Under the pieces are notes generated by a model. That model was not told the DNA's origin, did not search any database, and was given only the letters and a program-made list of their open reading frames with translations. Shown in pieces: positions 25,013-34,733 of a stretch of 64,000 nucleotides of DNA (position 1 is the first letter of the stretch; the number at the start of each line of letters is the position of its first letter). A program made the translations under genes and the position numbers. Source of the DNA: Methanobacteriota archaeon (lineage in GTDB: Archaea > Thermoplasmatota > Thermoplasmata > SG8-5 > DAIRED01); contig JAZDNO010000026.1 in the NCBI GenBank assembly GCA_043799545.1, positions 32,001 through 96,000 of the forward strand. The letters run 5' to 3'.

Positions 25013-27526
25013 ATGACCGAAAGCAAGAAAAAACCCAACGGGCAAGGCGCCAACGACGCCGCGGATGCAGCCCGGCGGAAGAAGGCCGAAGATGCCTGCA
25101 GGGCGGGCGCCGGCGAGATTCCCGAAGAAGTGAGCGGGCTGGAACCGGACGAAGCCCGGAGAATCCTCCACGAGCTCCGGGTCCACCAAATCGAGCTGGA
25201 GATGCAGAACGAGGAGCTAAGGCAGGCGCAGGAGAACCTGGAAGCTTCGCAGGCGAGGTATTTCGACCTCTACGACTTGGCCCCGGTCGGATACCTGACA
25301 ATAAGCGAGAAGGGATTGATAGTCGAGGCGAACCTCACGTTCGCCACGATGCTGGATGTGGCCAGGGGCTCGCTCCCGAAGCAACCCATCACGAAGTACA
25401 TCCTGCGGGAGGACCAGGACATCTACTACAGGCATCGCAAGGCGATGTTCGAGACGGGCGAGCCGCAATTCTGCGAGATGCGGCTCGCCGGCAGGAACGG
25501 CGCCCCTTTCTGGGCGCACATGGAAGCCAATATTGCAGAGGCCCCGGATGGAACTCCAGTATGCCGGGTCGTCGTGAGCGACATATCCGAGCGCAAGCTC
25601 AACGAGGAAGCCAGGGAATCGCTCAGCCGCTTCCCGCTCGAGAACCCGAACCCGGTCGTCCGCATCTCAGCGAAGGGCGACATACTCTTCAGCAATTCTA
25701 GCGCCACCACGCTCGTTGACGATTTCCTCGCATCCGGGAAAGACGAGATACCCGTCGAGCTGAGGGAGAGAATCGACGGGGCGCTGGCCACGGGGAAGGT
25801 CGGTTTCATGGAGTGGGTCGCGGAGGGCATAGCCTACATCCTCACCATAGCCCCGGTCCGGGAGCGCGGCTACGCAAACCTCTACGCGGTCGATGTGACG
25901 GCCAGGAAGTCCGCCGAGAAGAAGCTGAAAAACAGCATGGAGCTGTACAAGGACCTGGTCGAGAACATCAACGACGTCATCTTCTCGGTCGACGCCGAGG
26001 GCAAAATAACTTACATCAGCCCGCCTGTCAAGGCGCTGGCCGGATACGAACCGGAAGAGCTCATCGGAAAAACCGTCTTCCGATTCATACACCCCGACGA
26101 CCGCGAGAGGGTCTCGGAGAAATTCCAGCGGGCCGTCCACAGCGGCTCTGGCATTCTCGAATACCGCATCCTGACGAAGGGCGGCGAGACACGCTGGGTG
26201 AGCGGAAACAGCAGGCCGAGGATGAAGGACGGAAGGACCGTGGGGTTCCGAGGCGTTCTGCTGGATATAACAAAGCGCAATCGCGCTGAAGAAGCCCTCG
26301 CAAAAAGCGAAGCCCAGTACCGCCTCATCGCCGAGAACATGGCAGACACGATTTGGCTCATGGACCTCGACCTGAGGGTGACGTACATCAGCCCGTCTGT
26401 CGTCAAGACCAGGGGCTACACGCTCGAAGAGCTGAACGACCTCCCGCTGGATAAGCAGCTGACCGCCGAGTCGTTCGAGATGATGATGAAAGTCCTCGAA
26501 AGCGAGATGACGGCGGAGCGTCTGGCGCAGAAGGACCTTCAGGTATCCCACACGTTCGAGCTTGAGTTCTATAGAAAAGACGGCTCCACCTTCTGGTCCG
26601 AGGTCACGATAAAACTGTTGCGCGACGCGGGCGGCAGCCCCACGAGCATGCTCGGGGTCGGAAGGGACATAACAGAGCGTAAGCTGGCAAGGGAGGCGCT
26701 GGTCGCGAGCGAGGCGAAGCTCAGGGGAATCACGGACAGCATGTTAGACATGGTATGCACAGTGGACCCAACTGGCATCATCACATACGCGAGCCCATCG
26801 TACAAGGCGTCCCTCGGATACGAGCCGCAATCGTTGATGGGGGGCTCGATATTCGACCTCGTTCACCCCGACGACCTCGACTCCGTCATGGAAGCCGTGA
26901 CCGTCACCAAGGGAACGAAATCTAGCGGCCTGATGTCGTTCAGATACCAGAAGGCTGACGGGACGTATGCCTGGCTCGAGTCGCTGGGCAACATCTTGTA
27001 CGACGGCGACGGGAACGTCTCCGGGGCAATCTTCGGCTCCAGGGACATCACCGACAGGATGAGGGCCCAGGAGGCGATGCTGAGGGAGAAGACCCTCGAA
27101 TCCAGGTACACGCTCACGAAAATCATGACCGACGTCGTGCCCGCCCTGCTGACGATGGGCAGGGGGGACAAATCCAAGGAGGAGTTCATGGGCGAGATGA
27201 TGCGGCGCCTCGAGGAGGCGTTCTTTGACAAGTACTTTCCCACCCAGGGACTGGGGCTGGAGGAGTTCGGCGCTAACATCTGCGCTTTGATGAACGACAT
27301 GGGCGGCGAATTCTCGCACCGCGCCGACTGTGGCGAACTCCACATACTCGGCGGAGGTTGCCCATGGAAAAACGACCTTACACGGAACCCGATTCTGTGC
27401 ATGATAGACCGCGGGCTAATAGAGAGGTTCGCCAATAAAGCACTGGGGAGCGTCAGCCTTAACCAGATTTCGAGCCTTGTCAATGGCGATGCCGCCTGCG
27501 AGTTCGTCACATCCAAGGTCGATTGA
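25013..27526 (+). CDS. Multi-PAS sensor with C-terminal methanogen output domain 1 (MetOD1/V4R-like)
   Basis: LRVHQIELEMQNEEL coiled coil; about five PAS repeats (FIHPDD, DITERK); C-terminus GCPW..RNPILCMIDRG..GDAACEF; no histidine kinase H-box. Confidence 0.85.
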   Translation: MTESKKKPNGQGANDAADAARRKKAEDACRAGAGEIPEEVSGLEPDEARRILHELRVHQIELEMQNEELRQAQENLEASQARYFDLYDLAPVGYLTISEKGLIVEANLTFATMLDVARGSLPKQPITKYILREDQDIYYRHRKAMFETGEPQFCEMRLAGRNGAPFWAHMEANIAEAPDGTPVCRVVVSDISERKLNEEARESLSRFPLENPNPVVRISAKGDILFSNSSATTLVDDFLASGKDEIPVELRERIDGALATGKVGFMEWVAEGIAYILTIAPVRERGYANLYAVDVTARKSAEKKLKNSMELYKDLVENINDVIFSVDAEGKITYISPPVKALAGYEPEELIGKTVFRFIHPDDRERVSEKFQRAVHSGSGILEYRILTKGGETRWVSGNSRPRMKDGRTVGFRGVLLDITKRNRAEEALAKSEAQYRLIAENMADTIWLMDLDLRVTYISPSVVKTRGYTLEELNDLPLDKQLTAESFEMMMKVLESEMTAERLAQKDLQVSHTFELEFYRKDGSTFWSEVTIKLLRDAGGSPTSMLGVGRDITERKLAREALVASEAKLRGITDSMLDMVCTVDPTGIITYASPSYKASLGYEPQSLMGGSIFDLVHPDDLDSVMEAVTVTKGTKSSGLMSFRYQKADGTYAWLESLGNILYDGDGNVSGAIFGSRDITDRMRAQEAMLREKTLESRYTLTKIMTDVVPALLTMGRGDKSKEEFMGEMMRRLEEAFFDKYFPTQGLGLEEFGANICALMNDMGGEFSHRADCGELHILGGGCPWKNDLTRNPILCMIDRGLIERFANKALGSVSLNQISSLVNGDAACEFVTSKVD

Positions 27527-27549
27527 GCCGCGCGCTTTTGCCTGACGGG

Positions 27550-28290
27550 TCACTTGGCGGCGTTGGATTTCCCCGCGCCGGTTATCTTAATGCCGTTGTC
27601 GGTGAGCTCGTAGAATATGTACGACGAAGGCACCTTCGTGCTCCTCATCTTGACTATCTCCATCACTCGCTCCCTGGAGTCCGTGAACGGGTTGTTGCGC
27701 CTGAAGAGCCGGACGACTCCGAACGACGAGTGCGTCACGGCGTTCTTCATCTCCTCCTGGACGTCCTCGTCGTACACCAGAAGCGTAGTCGAGCCGTGCT
27801 GCTTCAGCTTGTACACCAGCGAGTCCATCTGGTCCCTGAAGCGCGCCGCTTCGTAGGTGGCACCGAAGACGCTCAGGTTGTCGAGGATGATGTTGATGCC
27901 CTTCGGAGGCCGCAGCCGCTAGATGAAGTGCTGGAAGCCGTCGGGAAGCTTCGCGCCCGCGGCCCTATCCGGGAGGATTTCCACGACCGTCAGCAGCCCG
28001 TCCGCCTCGAACTTGGCGAAGTCCCAGCCGAACGTCCATGCCTGGGCGAAGATGTCATCCTTCTCCTCCTCGGTGAGAATCTGGAAGCACTTCTTGCCGC
28101 GCTCGCAGGCCGTCTTGATGAAATGCAGCGTGAGAATCGTCTTGCCCGTTCCTGCTCCGCCCATAATTAGAGTCGTGCGGTTCTTCGGGTAGCCCGATAT
28201 CAGGCTGTCCATCTCCGGAATCCCCGTAGGAACCCTCTCGACATGCTTCGGCGCGATGACGTCTTTTTCTCCGTCGATTCTCGTGGTATG
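27550..28290 (-). pseudogene. KaiC/RAD55-like ATPase interrupted by an in-frame TAG and lacking a canonical start
   Basis: ORFs 27919-28212 and 27550-27828 are in the same frame: QHFI-TAG(27921-27919)-RLRPPKGINIILDNLS. Conserved VERVPTGIP lies upstream of the first ATG. SD GAGGGGGG is followed by CAT ACC ACG with no ATG. Confidence 0.7.
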
Positions 28291-28397
28291 ACCCCCCTCG
28301 CACGAATCGATTGTTCGGGACCGTATTTAATGGTTCTCATAACGTTATCATTTCTTCGGTGCGAGGCACTCAGCGGACGAAAATCACCCGAGCCATC

Positions 28398-29090
28398 TCA
28401 ACCCGTCAGCTCCTGCGCTGGAAAAACGACCACGCCCTCGGAGTTCATCTCGTAGCGCATCGTGTCCAGAGGGTGGTCCACGCCCCTGAACTTGGATATC
28501 CTTAGGCTGCGGTAGCCGCGCACGCCGACCCTCTCGACGAACAGGTTCACCACGGCGTCCACGAGATACGGCTCCACGCGGGCTCCCGCGGCGTCCTCGG
28601 AAAACTCGCCAGTCATCAGGACCGTCGCGCCCGTCAGGCGCAGCCTGGTGAAGAGGCCGTCCAGAATGCGGCGGTACGCGCCGGGCTCGACGTACTCCTT
28701 GAAAATCGTGACTGGATCTATGACTATCAGGTCGGGCTTGAGCGAGTCGAGCTGCGCCAGAATGCCTTCCAGGGTCTCCTCGAGGCTCGACCCGCGCCTC
28801 ATCTGCGCGAGCATGTCGAACGACGTGCAGTTGGCCAGGAACGCCCCGTCGTCGAAGAAGCCGAAGGCGGAGGCGTACCTGACCACGACTGAGAAAGGCT
28901 CGGTCATGGCCGAGATGTAAGCCACCTTCGACCCGCGCCGCACGAACGAGCTGGACACCTGCATCGTGAAGGTCGTCTTCCCCGTTCCCGGTGGCCCGGA
29001 AAGCAGGATGAGGGCGCCTCGTGGCGCGCCCCCGCCGAGCGCCTCGTCGAGACCGGATATGCCCAGAATTACCCTGTTCATCTCGCTCAT
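28398..29090 (-). CDS. KaiC/RAD55-like ATPase
   Basis: GISGLDEALGGG, Walker A GPPGTGKT, VIDP, VDAVVNL, SKFRG. Confidence 0.92.
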   Translation of the reverse strand: MSEMNRVILGISGLDEALGGGAPRGALILLSGPPGTGKTTFTMQVSSSFVRRGSKVAYISAMTEPFSVVVRYASAFGFFDDGAFLANCTSFDMLAQMRRGSSLEETLEGILAQLDSLKPDLIVIDPVTIFKEYVEPGAYRRILDGLFTRLRLTGATVLMTGEFSEDAAGARVEPYLVDAVVNLFVERVGVRGYRSLRISKFRGVDHPLDTMRYEMNSEGVVVFPAQELTG

Positions 29091-29965
29091 GCCGGGTTCA
29101 CGCTCCACGACGGCTTGCCCGCGGGCTGCGGCGAGGGCTTCTGGACCCCTGCTGGCCTCTCGACGAGAGTCTCCATCATCGATTCGAGCGTCGCCAGCTC
29201 TCCGTCCGAGAACGATTGGGAATGCAGGCCGACTATCATCAGCCCGCCCGAGTCGTTCATGATGTCGGCGATGTCCGCCAGCAGCGCGTAGAGCTTCTGG
29301 AATCCGTTTATCACTTTCAGGTATTCGGCGCAGTCTACGAGCACTACCGAGTCGGGGTGCGATTCCAGATGCGAGCGTATGATTTTCAGCAGCGGCATCT
29401 CGTCCACAAGGTCCAAGGACCGCTCGCGCCCGTCGGCCATCCCGCCCGAAGTTTCAGACGAAGGCCAGAACAATCTGCTGAGCTGCTTCCGCACCATGAC
29501 TATCTTGACCTCGCTGATGTCGAAGCCCAGGATTTCCGGGCGAGCCCTCCTCGTCAGCACGAGCCCGTGCTTGCCGTCCAGGACGCGCTCGATGAAAATC
29601 GACGTGGCCGCGTCCGGAGCCTCGTCCGCATAAACCAGATAGGAATCTCCCGGCAGAGAGTTTTTCAGGGCTTCCCCGCCCTTCGTAGATGTGCCCTTCC
29701 AGCCCTCGTACCACATGGCAAGCTTCTGCCCGAGCGCGGGCTCCAGGGCTTCCGTGAGCTTCCTGGCTATCACGCGCTCCTCGACGCCGGCCTTCTCCGA
29801 TGTGGCGGATATCAAAGACTTCAGGCGCTCCGGCCCCGTGTCGATGACCGAGGCCATCACAGATTCCGCGACCCTCTCGCCGAGCCAGACGCGCATCCGG
29901 CGCGCGAGCGCCGCCTCGACCTCTTCGTAATCTAGCATCCCGTTCATCTGGAAGTTCCCGGCCAT
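29087..29965 (-). CDS. Protein with C-terminal DUF835 domain
   Basis: GLVLTR, VVLVDCAEYLKVINGF and ELATLE DUF835 motifs. Start 29965 fits a leaderless transcript from the TATA near 29990. Confidence 0.85.
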   Translation of the reverse strand: MAGNFQMNGMLDYEEVEAALARRMRVWLGERVAESVMASVIDTGPERLKSLISATSEKAGVEERVIARKLTEALEPALGQKLAMWYEGWKGTSTKGGEALKNSLPGDSYLVYADEAPDAATSIFIERVLDGKHGLVLTRRARPEILGFDISEVKIVMVRKQLSRLFWPSSETSGGMADGRERSLDLVDEMPLLKIIRSHLESHPDSVVLVDCAEYLKVINGFQKLYALLADIADIMNDSGGLMIVGLHSQSFSDGELATLESMMETLVERPAGVQKPSPQPAGKPSWSVNPA

Positions 29966-30005
29966 GGACCAGTTCATGGTTTGCGATATGAATAACGTAG
30001 CGGTC

Positions 30006-30027
30006 TGGGTATCACGATTGAGACTAT
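30006..30027 (-). promoter_or_regulatory. Shared island operator ATAGTCTCA-ATCG-TGATACCCA (minus strand)
   Basis: Proximal box starts 19 nt before TTATTCATA. Confidence 0.5.
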
Positions 30028-30737
30028 CTGCGCACCGGTCCGTTCGGCATAATTTTAAGGCCGCTGGCATCGACGCTGTAACGTCCTGTGGCGGGAGCCC
30101 TCGACGGCGTCGTGACCTTGATCGTGCTCGTGGCGCTCTCCATCCTTATCACGACGTCCGCGAGCTCCATGAGTATGCCGCGGTCCTTCTCCTGGCACAG
30201 GTCCGTGCTCAGGACGGCGATGGCCGAGCCCTTGAACGAGCGCACCTTGGCCTTGATGAAGAACAGGAAGCGGTAGATGGCCTGGATTGGCAGGTACATC
30301 ATCATCGTGTCGACGGACTCGACGACGGCGCGCTGCTGGACCACACCAGAAGCGAAAAGGTTCGACATCGCCGTCACGGTCAGATGGCTGAGCTTCGGGA
30401 GGTCGGAGACAGACGAGACGTACTGAATCGTCTCGGTGTCGCGCACCTGCGGGTCGGCGAGAGCGGAATACGCGTCCACGATGCTGAGGCGCTTGCCCGC
30501 GTCCAGCGCCCCCGCGCCCACAAGCTCCTGTGCGAGGTTATCGCCGAACTCCTTGGTGCTGAGGTAGACGCAGCCGTCGCCGGAGGCGAGGCCTTTTGCG
30601 GCGTACTCCAGCGCGAGGGCGTGGACCGCGCTCATCGGGTCGCCGTCGAGAATCACGAAAGCGCCGGGGGGAAGACCGCCGTCGAGGAGGGTGTCGAGGC
30701 CTGCAATTCCAGTCGGAACCTTGGGGAGAATGCCCAA
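30024..30737 (-). CDS. Degenerate RAD55/KaiC-like protein with inactive P-loop
   Basis: KVPTGIAGLDTLLDGG; Walker A position reads GDPMSAVH; YLST, VVESVD, LADVVI. TTG 30737 start is coupled to the upstream stop. Confidence 0.8.
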   Translation of the reverse strand: MGILPKVPTGIAGLDTLLDGGLPPGAFVILDGDPMSAVHALALEYAAKGLASGDGCVYLSTKEFGDNLAQELVGAGALDAGKRLSIVDAYSALADPQVRDTETIQYVSSVSDLPKLSHLTVTAMSNLFASGVVQQRAVVESVDTMMMYLPIQAIYRFLFFIKAKVRSFKGSAIAVLSTDLCQEKDRGILMELADVVIRMESATSTIKVTTPSRAPATGRYSVDASGLKIMPNGPVRR

Positions 30738-30738
30738 T

Positions 30739-31098
30739 TTATAAACCCCCGGGCTTCGTGTCTTTACCAAATGGCCTGACATTTCCTTCGTGGGATGATG
30801 TTAATATCTTGGCTGAAGTATATGTGAAAGCAACGTAAAAAAGCACGCCTATGAACAGAGCCAAGAGTAGTATCCCTGCATCACCCGTCGAGATGTTAAG
30901 GATAAAGGCAATCGCCAGAATAATGTCGAAAAGAGCGAATAAATAAAGCGAAATTGTTCCCTCGCGCCTTAAAAAATATTGCGAAGCAGAAAAGACCGGG
31001 TCTGCGATGAATTTTTTCCTTATGTCGTTTAAATAAAACGTTCCGACAGTCATCAATATGAAGACAGCCAGCGATAACAAAACCAGCGGAATCTGCAA
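30739..31098 (-). CDS. Small three-TM membrane protein, low GC
   Basis: Three hydrophobic helices; AT-rich codons. Confidence 0.7.
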   Translation of the reverse strand: MQIPLVLLSLAVFILMTVGTFYLNDIRKKFIADPVFSASQYFLRREGTISLYLFALFDIILAIAFILNISTGDAGILLLALFIGVLFYVAFTYTSAKILTSSHEGNVRPFGKDTKPGGL

Positions 31099-31434
31099 TC
31101 AATCACCCCTGACAATAAAATATAGTCTGACGACTACATAAGACATGCATATGAAACCTGCAGTTATGAAAGCCGTGACAATATAATCGAGTATGACTGA
31201 TTGATGAACATGATATAAGACGTAGAAACCGGCGGCTATCACTGCGGACACGCCGAGTCCCCAAAATAGAACCGAGAATAGTATTCCAACCTCCTTTGCC
31301 TTGAGGAATAAAAAACCCCCGGCTATCTGCCTGTCTTGCAATAAATAAATCGTTCCAAAGGCGAAAATTGCAGAAACTAGAGCGGATGAGATGTATATTG
31401 TGTTCTCGATGTAAAAACGGAGGTCCGTCATCAT
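31099..31434 (-). CDS. Small three-TM membrane protein, low GC
   Basis: Three hydrophobic helices; abuts the next gene; AT-rich codons. Confidence 0.7.
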   Translation of the reverse strand: MMTDLRFYIENTIYISSALVSAIFAFGTIYLLQDRQIAGGFLFLKAKEVGILFSVLFWGLGVSAVIAAGFYVLYHVHQSVILDYIVTAFITAGFICMSYVVVRLYFIVRGD

Positions 31435-31440
31435 GCAACC

Positions 31441-31818
31441 TCAACCATCCAGTATCCCCTTGACCTGGCTCGCCTGCTCCTCCATCTCCAGCAGCAGCAT
31501 GCCGAGGTTGACCGAATTCTCGGCTGTGCACACTATCAGCGCTTTCGGGCCAGCGCCCATCGCTACGATTGTGGCGTGCTCGACCTCGGCGATCACGCGC
31601 CTGACGCTGCCCTTGTTCAGCGTGGTTCCAGTCGTCTCCACGGCACCCATCATCGTCGCCGTCATCGCCCCCAGGCGCCTCTCGTCGATGTCCCTCGGCA
31701 GCTCCGACGCTATCAACAATCCGTTCCTGGCAACAATCGCTGCGCCTGTGACCCCGCCCACGGCAGTCACCTTCTTCAAAGCCAATGTCAGCCTATCGCT
31801 TTTTGTCTCGGTCATCAT
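31441..31818 (-). CDS. Roadblock/LC7 (MglB-like) protein
   Basis: VTGAAIVARNGLLIAS, LGAMTATMMGA and MGAGPKALIV pattern. Confidence 0.92.
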   Translation of the reverse strand: MMTETKSDRLTLALKKVTAVGGVTGAAIVARNGLLIASELPRDIDERRLGAMTATMMGAVETTGTTLNKGSVRRVIAEVEHATIVAMGAGPKALIVCTAENSVNLGMLLLEMEEQASQVKGILDG

Positions 31819-32963
31819 GCCACCGCCGTTATTTGTTCGACTAATTTATCGAGAAGCTCGCCAACTCCGCCCTTGACGTTCGCCACCGTCCGCACGATCG
31901 GCGTCGCGTCGGGCAGCTTCAGCACCGCCCGTATTATCTCCGGGTCCACGGCCTTCGGCGAGTCGGAGTGGTTCGCCGCGACGGCCATGGGCAAGTTCAG
32001 CGCACGCGTCTTCTCGAGCATCTCGCGCGCCCTATCGAACGTGTCGGGGTTCGACGAATCGACCACGAGTATTATGGCGACTGCCTCGTCGGAAAGGTAT
32101 TCGAGCAGCGGGTCGAACATCTCCTGGCCAGGCGTGCCGTAGACCTCTGCGCTGAATCCGCCGTAATCCAGATACCCGTGGTCCATGGCGACAGTCGTGC
32201 CCATTCGGTCCACGCTGACCGTCTGGGTGGAAATCGCCCTCGTCATCGTCGATTTTCCGGCCGCATACGGGCCGGTGACCAGTATCTTCGGGACGTAGAC
32301 CCTGAGCCCGCCGGGCTTCAGTATCTTGATCGGGACGGAAAGCTGGCGCGCATCCGCCCATCCGACCTTGCGCAGGTGCATCATCTGCTTGAGAATCGTG
32401 ATGCTCTCGACTGGCTTGACGCTTATCATGGCGTCGAACTGCCCGATAAGAGCGTTCACGGTCGCTTCATCGTACGACCAGTCGGAGAAGAGCGCTATCG
32501 TTCTAACTTCCTTCGGGAGGGCGGACAGGAACTCATTTATGGCTTTCGGGCTCATTCCCAGAACATCCAGCATCGTGCTCACGTTGTCCAGGACGAACGT
32601 CGTTTCGCGGCCACCGACGGCGTCGCAGACCTGTTTCATGATGTGCCTGGGGTCGAACGGCTGCTGCACGAACTCGTCGCCCTCGCTGTGGATGCCAATC
32701 ATCCCCGAGAACGCGTCCAGCAGGTGCAGGTTGCCCGCCCCGCCGTTGATACTGTCAACGAGGTCGAACTCGCGGCGGATGGCGCTGCCCGGCTTGTTGT
32801 TCGTCAAATAAATCGTGTTCCATCCGTCGCGTGCGGATGCCGCAGCGATGCTTACCCCTATTGGCGTGGGGTCTATCCCCGGCGCGACGGAAAGCAAGAT
32901 GTTGGCTCCCGCTGGGATATCGCCCATCTCGTCGTCAATCAGCTTGATTCCCAAGCGGGTCAT
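31815..32963 (-). CDS. Fusion of degenerate KaiC/RAD55 domain and MglA-like small GTPase
   Basis: N-terminal RLGIKLID..IPAG, IYLT, FVLDN. C-terminal G1 GPYAAGKS, G2 TTVAMDHG, G3 GTPGQ, G4-like ANHSD. SD GAAGGAG precedes ATG 32963. Confidence 0.88.
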   Translation of the reverse strand: MTRLGIKLIDDEMGDIPAGANILLSVAPGIDPTPIGVSIAAASARDGWNTIYLTNNKPGSAIRREFDLVDSINGGAGNLHLLDAFSGMIGIHSEGDEFVQQPFDPRHIMKQVCDAVGGRETTFVLDNVSTMLDVLGMSPKAINEFLSALPKEVRTIALFSDWSYDEATVNALIGQFDAMISVKPVESITILKQMMHLRKVGWADARQLSVPIKILKPGGLRVYVPKILVTGPYAAGKSTMTRAISTQTVSVDRMGTTVAMDHGYLDYGGFSAEVYGTPGQEMFDPLLEYLSDEAVAIILVVDSSNPDTFDRAREMLEKTRALNLPMAVAANHSDSPKAVDPEIIRAVLKLPDATPIVRTVANVKGGVGELLDKLVEQITAVA

Positions 32964-33018
32964 TTGCCTGTCTCCTTCTGAGATTGTATCGCCTGCAGGG
33001 TATTTATCAAGCGGTTTG

Positions 33019-33040
33019 TCGGTATCACCCGTGGTAACGA
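33019..33040 (-). promoter_or_regulatory. Shared island operator TCGTTACCA-CGGG-TGATACCGA (minus strand)
   Basis: Near-palindrome; proximal box starts 19 nt before GATAAATA serving the GTPase operon. Confidence 0.6.
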
Positions 33041-33146
33041 CGCCGCCCGGGGGCGAATCCGCCGCTCGAGTACGCATCTATGCCTTGGTTGGTCAACATG
33101 TGTGGTGCCTCTGACGCAAGCGGCGGTTGCGGCGATTGGCGCGGGT

Positions 33147-34688
33147 TTATCCCAGTCTGTATGCGGATCGTTCATATGGCTCCAATATCCTCGTAGTGAA
33201 TTCCAAGGCCGACTTCCCTTTGTGGTCGACGAATTTCGTCTTGAGGCCGACTTGCTGTCCGAACGCAAGAGAGACAATCCCCGCGCAGAACCCGGTACGG
33301 TACGACTCCAGAGGGTTCGTGCCAATTTCTGCGGCCTCGCCATTGGGCGGGACCATCATGAACCTCGCATTCATCTCCTTGACGTCGAAATCCATCACGA
33401 CCACTTTGTCTCCGTCGGCCGGAGCCTGCCTTGCGAGCGCCACCTCGACGAACTTCAGCCTCGATAGCTGGCTGGCCCCGTCCGGCGGCCGCGACCACTT
33501 CATGGCCATCTTCCAACCGGAACCGTAGAGCAGACCGGACGCCCTCTCCGGGCCGATATTTTCCACCATCGCCCTGCATATTTCCTTGGCCTGGCGCGCC
33601 TGGCGCTCCATCTCGTCCTTTGTCGCGCTCAAGGCATTCATTGAGCGATCCAGCTTGTCCAGCATATCGTTGATTGCGCGCGTGAGAGAAGTGATTTCAT
33701 CGTCACCTTCGATGGCCAATCTCTTCGAAGAATTCCCAAGGGGGCCTATTCCGCCCACGTTCATGCTCAGCTTTAACATCCTCGAAATGACGAACCTCTC
33801 AATAGCGAGCGCAGTCACGACGATTATCGTCGCCGCGAGGGTCACCAACGCCGCCATTAGGTACGCGGAACTCGCCTGGCCTTGCTTGAATATTCCACGC
33901 TCCAACAATATCTTGCACAGAAGGGCGGGTTCCCCGTGAACGTCTTCCATCAGGAAATAACCGGCTATGGCGCTTCCGTTCAGTGGTATGATGTGGAACC
34001 CCGATTCAGCTGACAGCGCGCTCCTCGCTTCCAAAAGGTCTCCGTCCAGCGCAGGATCCTCGAATAGGCTGAACGAAACGTCCATCTGCGTGACGTCCGC
34101 GAATTGCGCCACCAGGGATTCGTCTATAAACCGCCCCATGAGCAGCGTCCCCCGGGCGGGCCCCTGCTCAAGGCTGGTGAGAATCGGTTGCGTGGATATC
34201 AAGAGCGCTCCGTCCGGCAGGAGCACGATTCCGCACGCTCCTCCTGTCAGATTGCCAGTTCCGGTGCTGATTTCCCCCGATTCCACCAGCGAGACCAGCC
34301 CATCGGGCAGAGGCGTCCCTTGTGCGCCATCCAGGTCCACGGCTTTGGCAAACACTATATCGTCATGCGTGTCGGCATACACTATCACATTCACGTTTAT
34401 GATTGCGAACGTTTCGTCGGGGAGGTTTGAAGCGAGATATGTGCCGTTCCCATCCTGGATGAAATCGTACGTGTCGTCCCATGAGGCCCAATCCACGCAC
34501 GTGCGATTGATACGTTCCGTCTCTCGCCCGACGGCATTAATTACCCTCTGGGCATTCTCCTCCACATCCAGCCTTTCGAGCTCTGAGAACCCATCGGACA
34601 CTATGGTGTTTGATACGACGACCAGCGCGACGATGAACATCGCCAGTGTGCTTGCCAGTACCAAAGATATCTTCTTGCGGAGCTTCAT
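33147..34688 (-). CDS. CHASE4-HAMP sensor with C-terminal V4R-like output domain
   Basis: TM, CHASE4 (CVDWASWDDTYDFI), TM, HAMP (DDEITSLTRAINDML), V4R-like tail ending LEPYERSAYRLG. Confidence 0.85.
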   Translation of the reverse strand: MKLRKKISLVLASTLAMFIVALVVVSNTIVSDGFSELERLDVEENAQRVINAVGRETERINRTCVDWASWDDTYDFIQDGNGTYLASNLPDETFAIINVNVIVYADTHDDIVFAKAVDLDGAQGTPLPDGLVSLVESGEISTGTGNLTGGACGIVLLPDGALLISTQPILTSLEQGPARGTLLMGRFIDESLVAQFADVTQMDVSFSLFEDPALDGDLLEARSALSAESGFHIIPLNGSAIAGYFLMEDVHGEPALLCKILLERGIFKQGQASSAYLMAALVTLAATIIVVTALAIERFVISRMLKLSMNVGGIGPLGNSSKRLAIEGDDEITSLTRAINDMLDKLDRSMNALSATKDEMERQARQAKEICRAMVENIGPERASGLLYGSGWKMAMKWSRPPDGASQLSRLKFVEVALARQAPADGDKVVVMDFDVKEMNARFMMVPPNGEAAEIGTNPLESYRTGFCAGIVSLAFGQQVGLKTKFVDHKGKSALEFTTRILEPYERSAYRLG

Positions 34689-34733
34689 GTCACACCCTTG
34701 TCAGATACCAGCGACACCACATCACCCGAACCA

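Noticed and set aside
7023-30737. A KaiABC circadian clock
   Set aside because: No KaiA or KaiB; the ATPases are mostly single-domain RAD55-type, and several lack Walker A.
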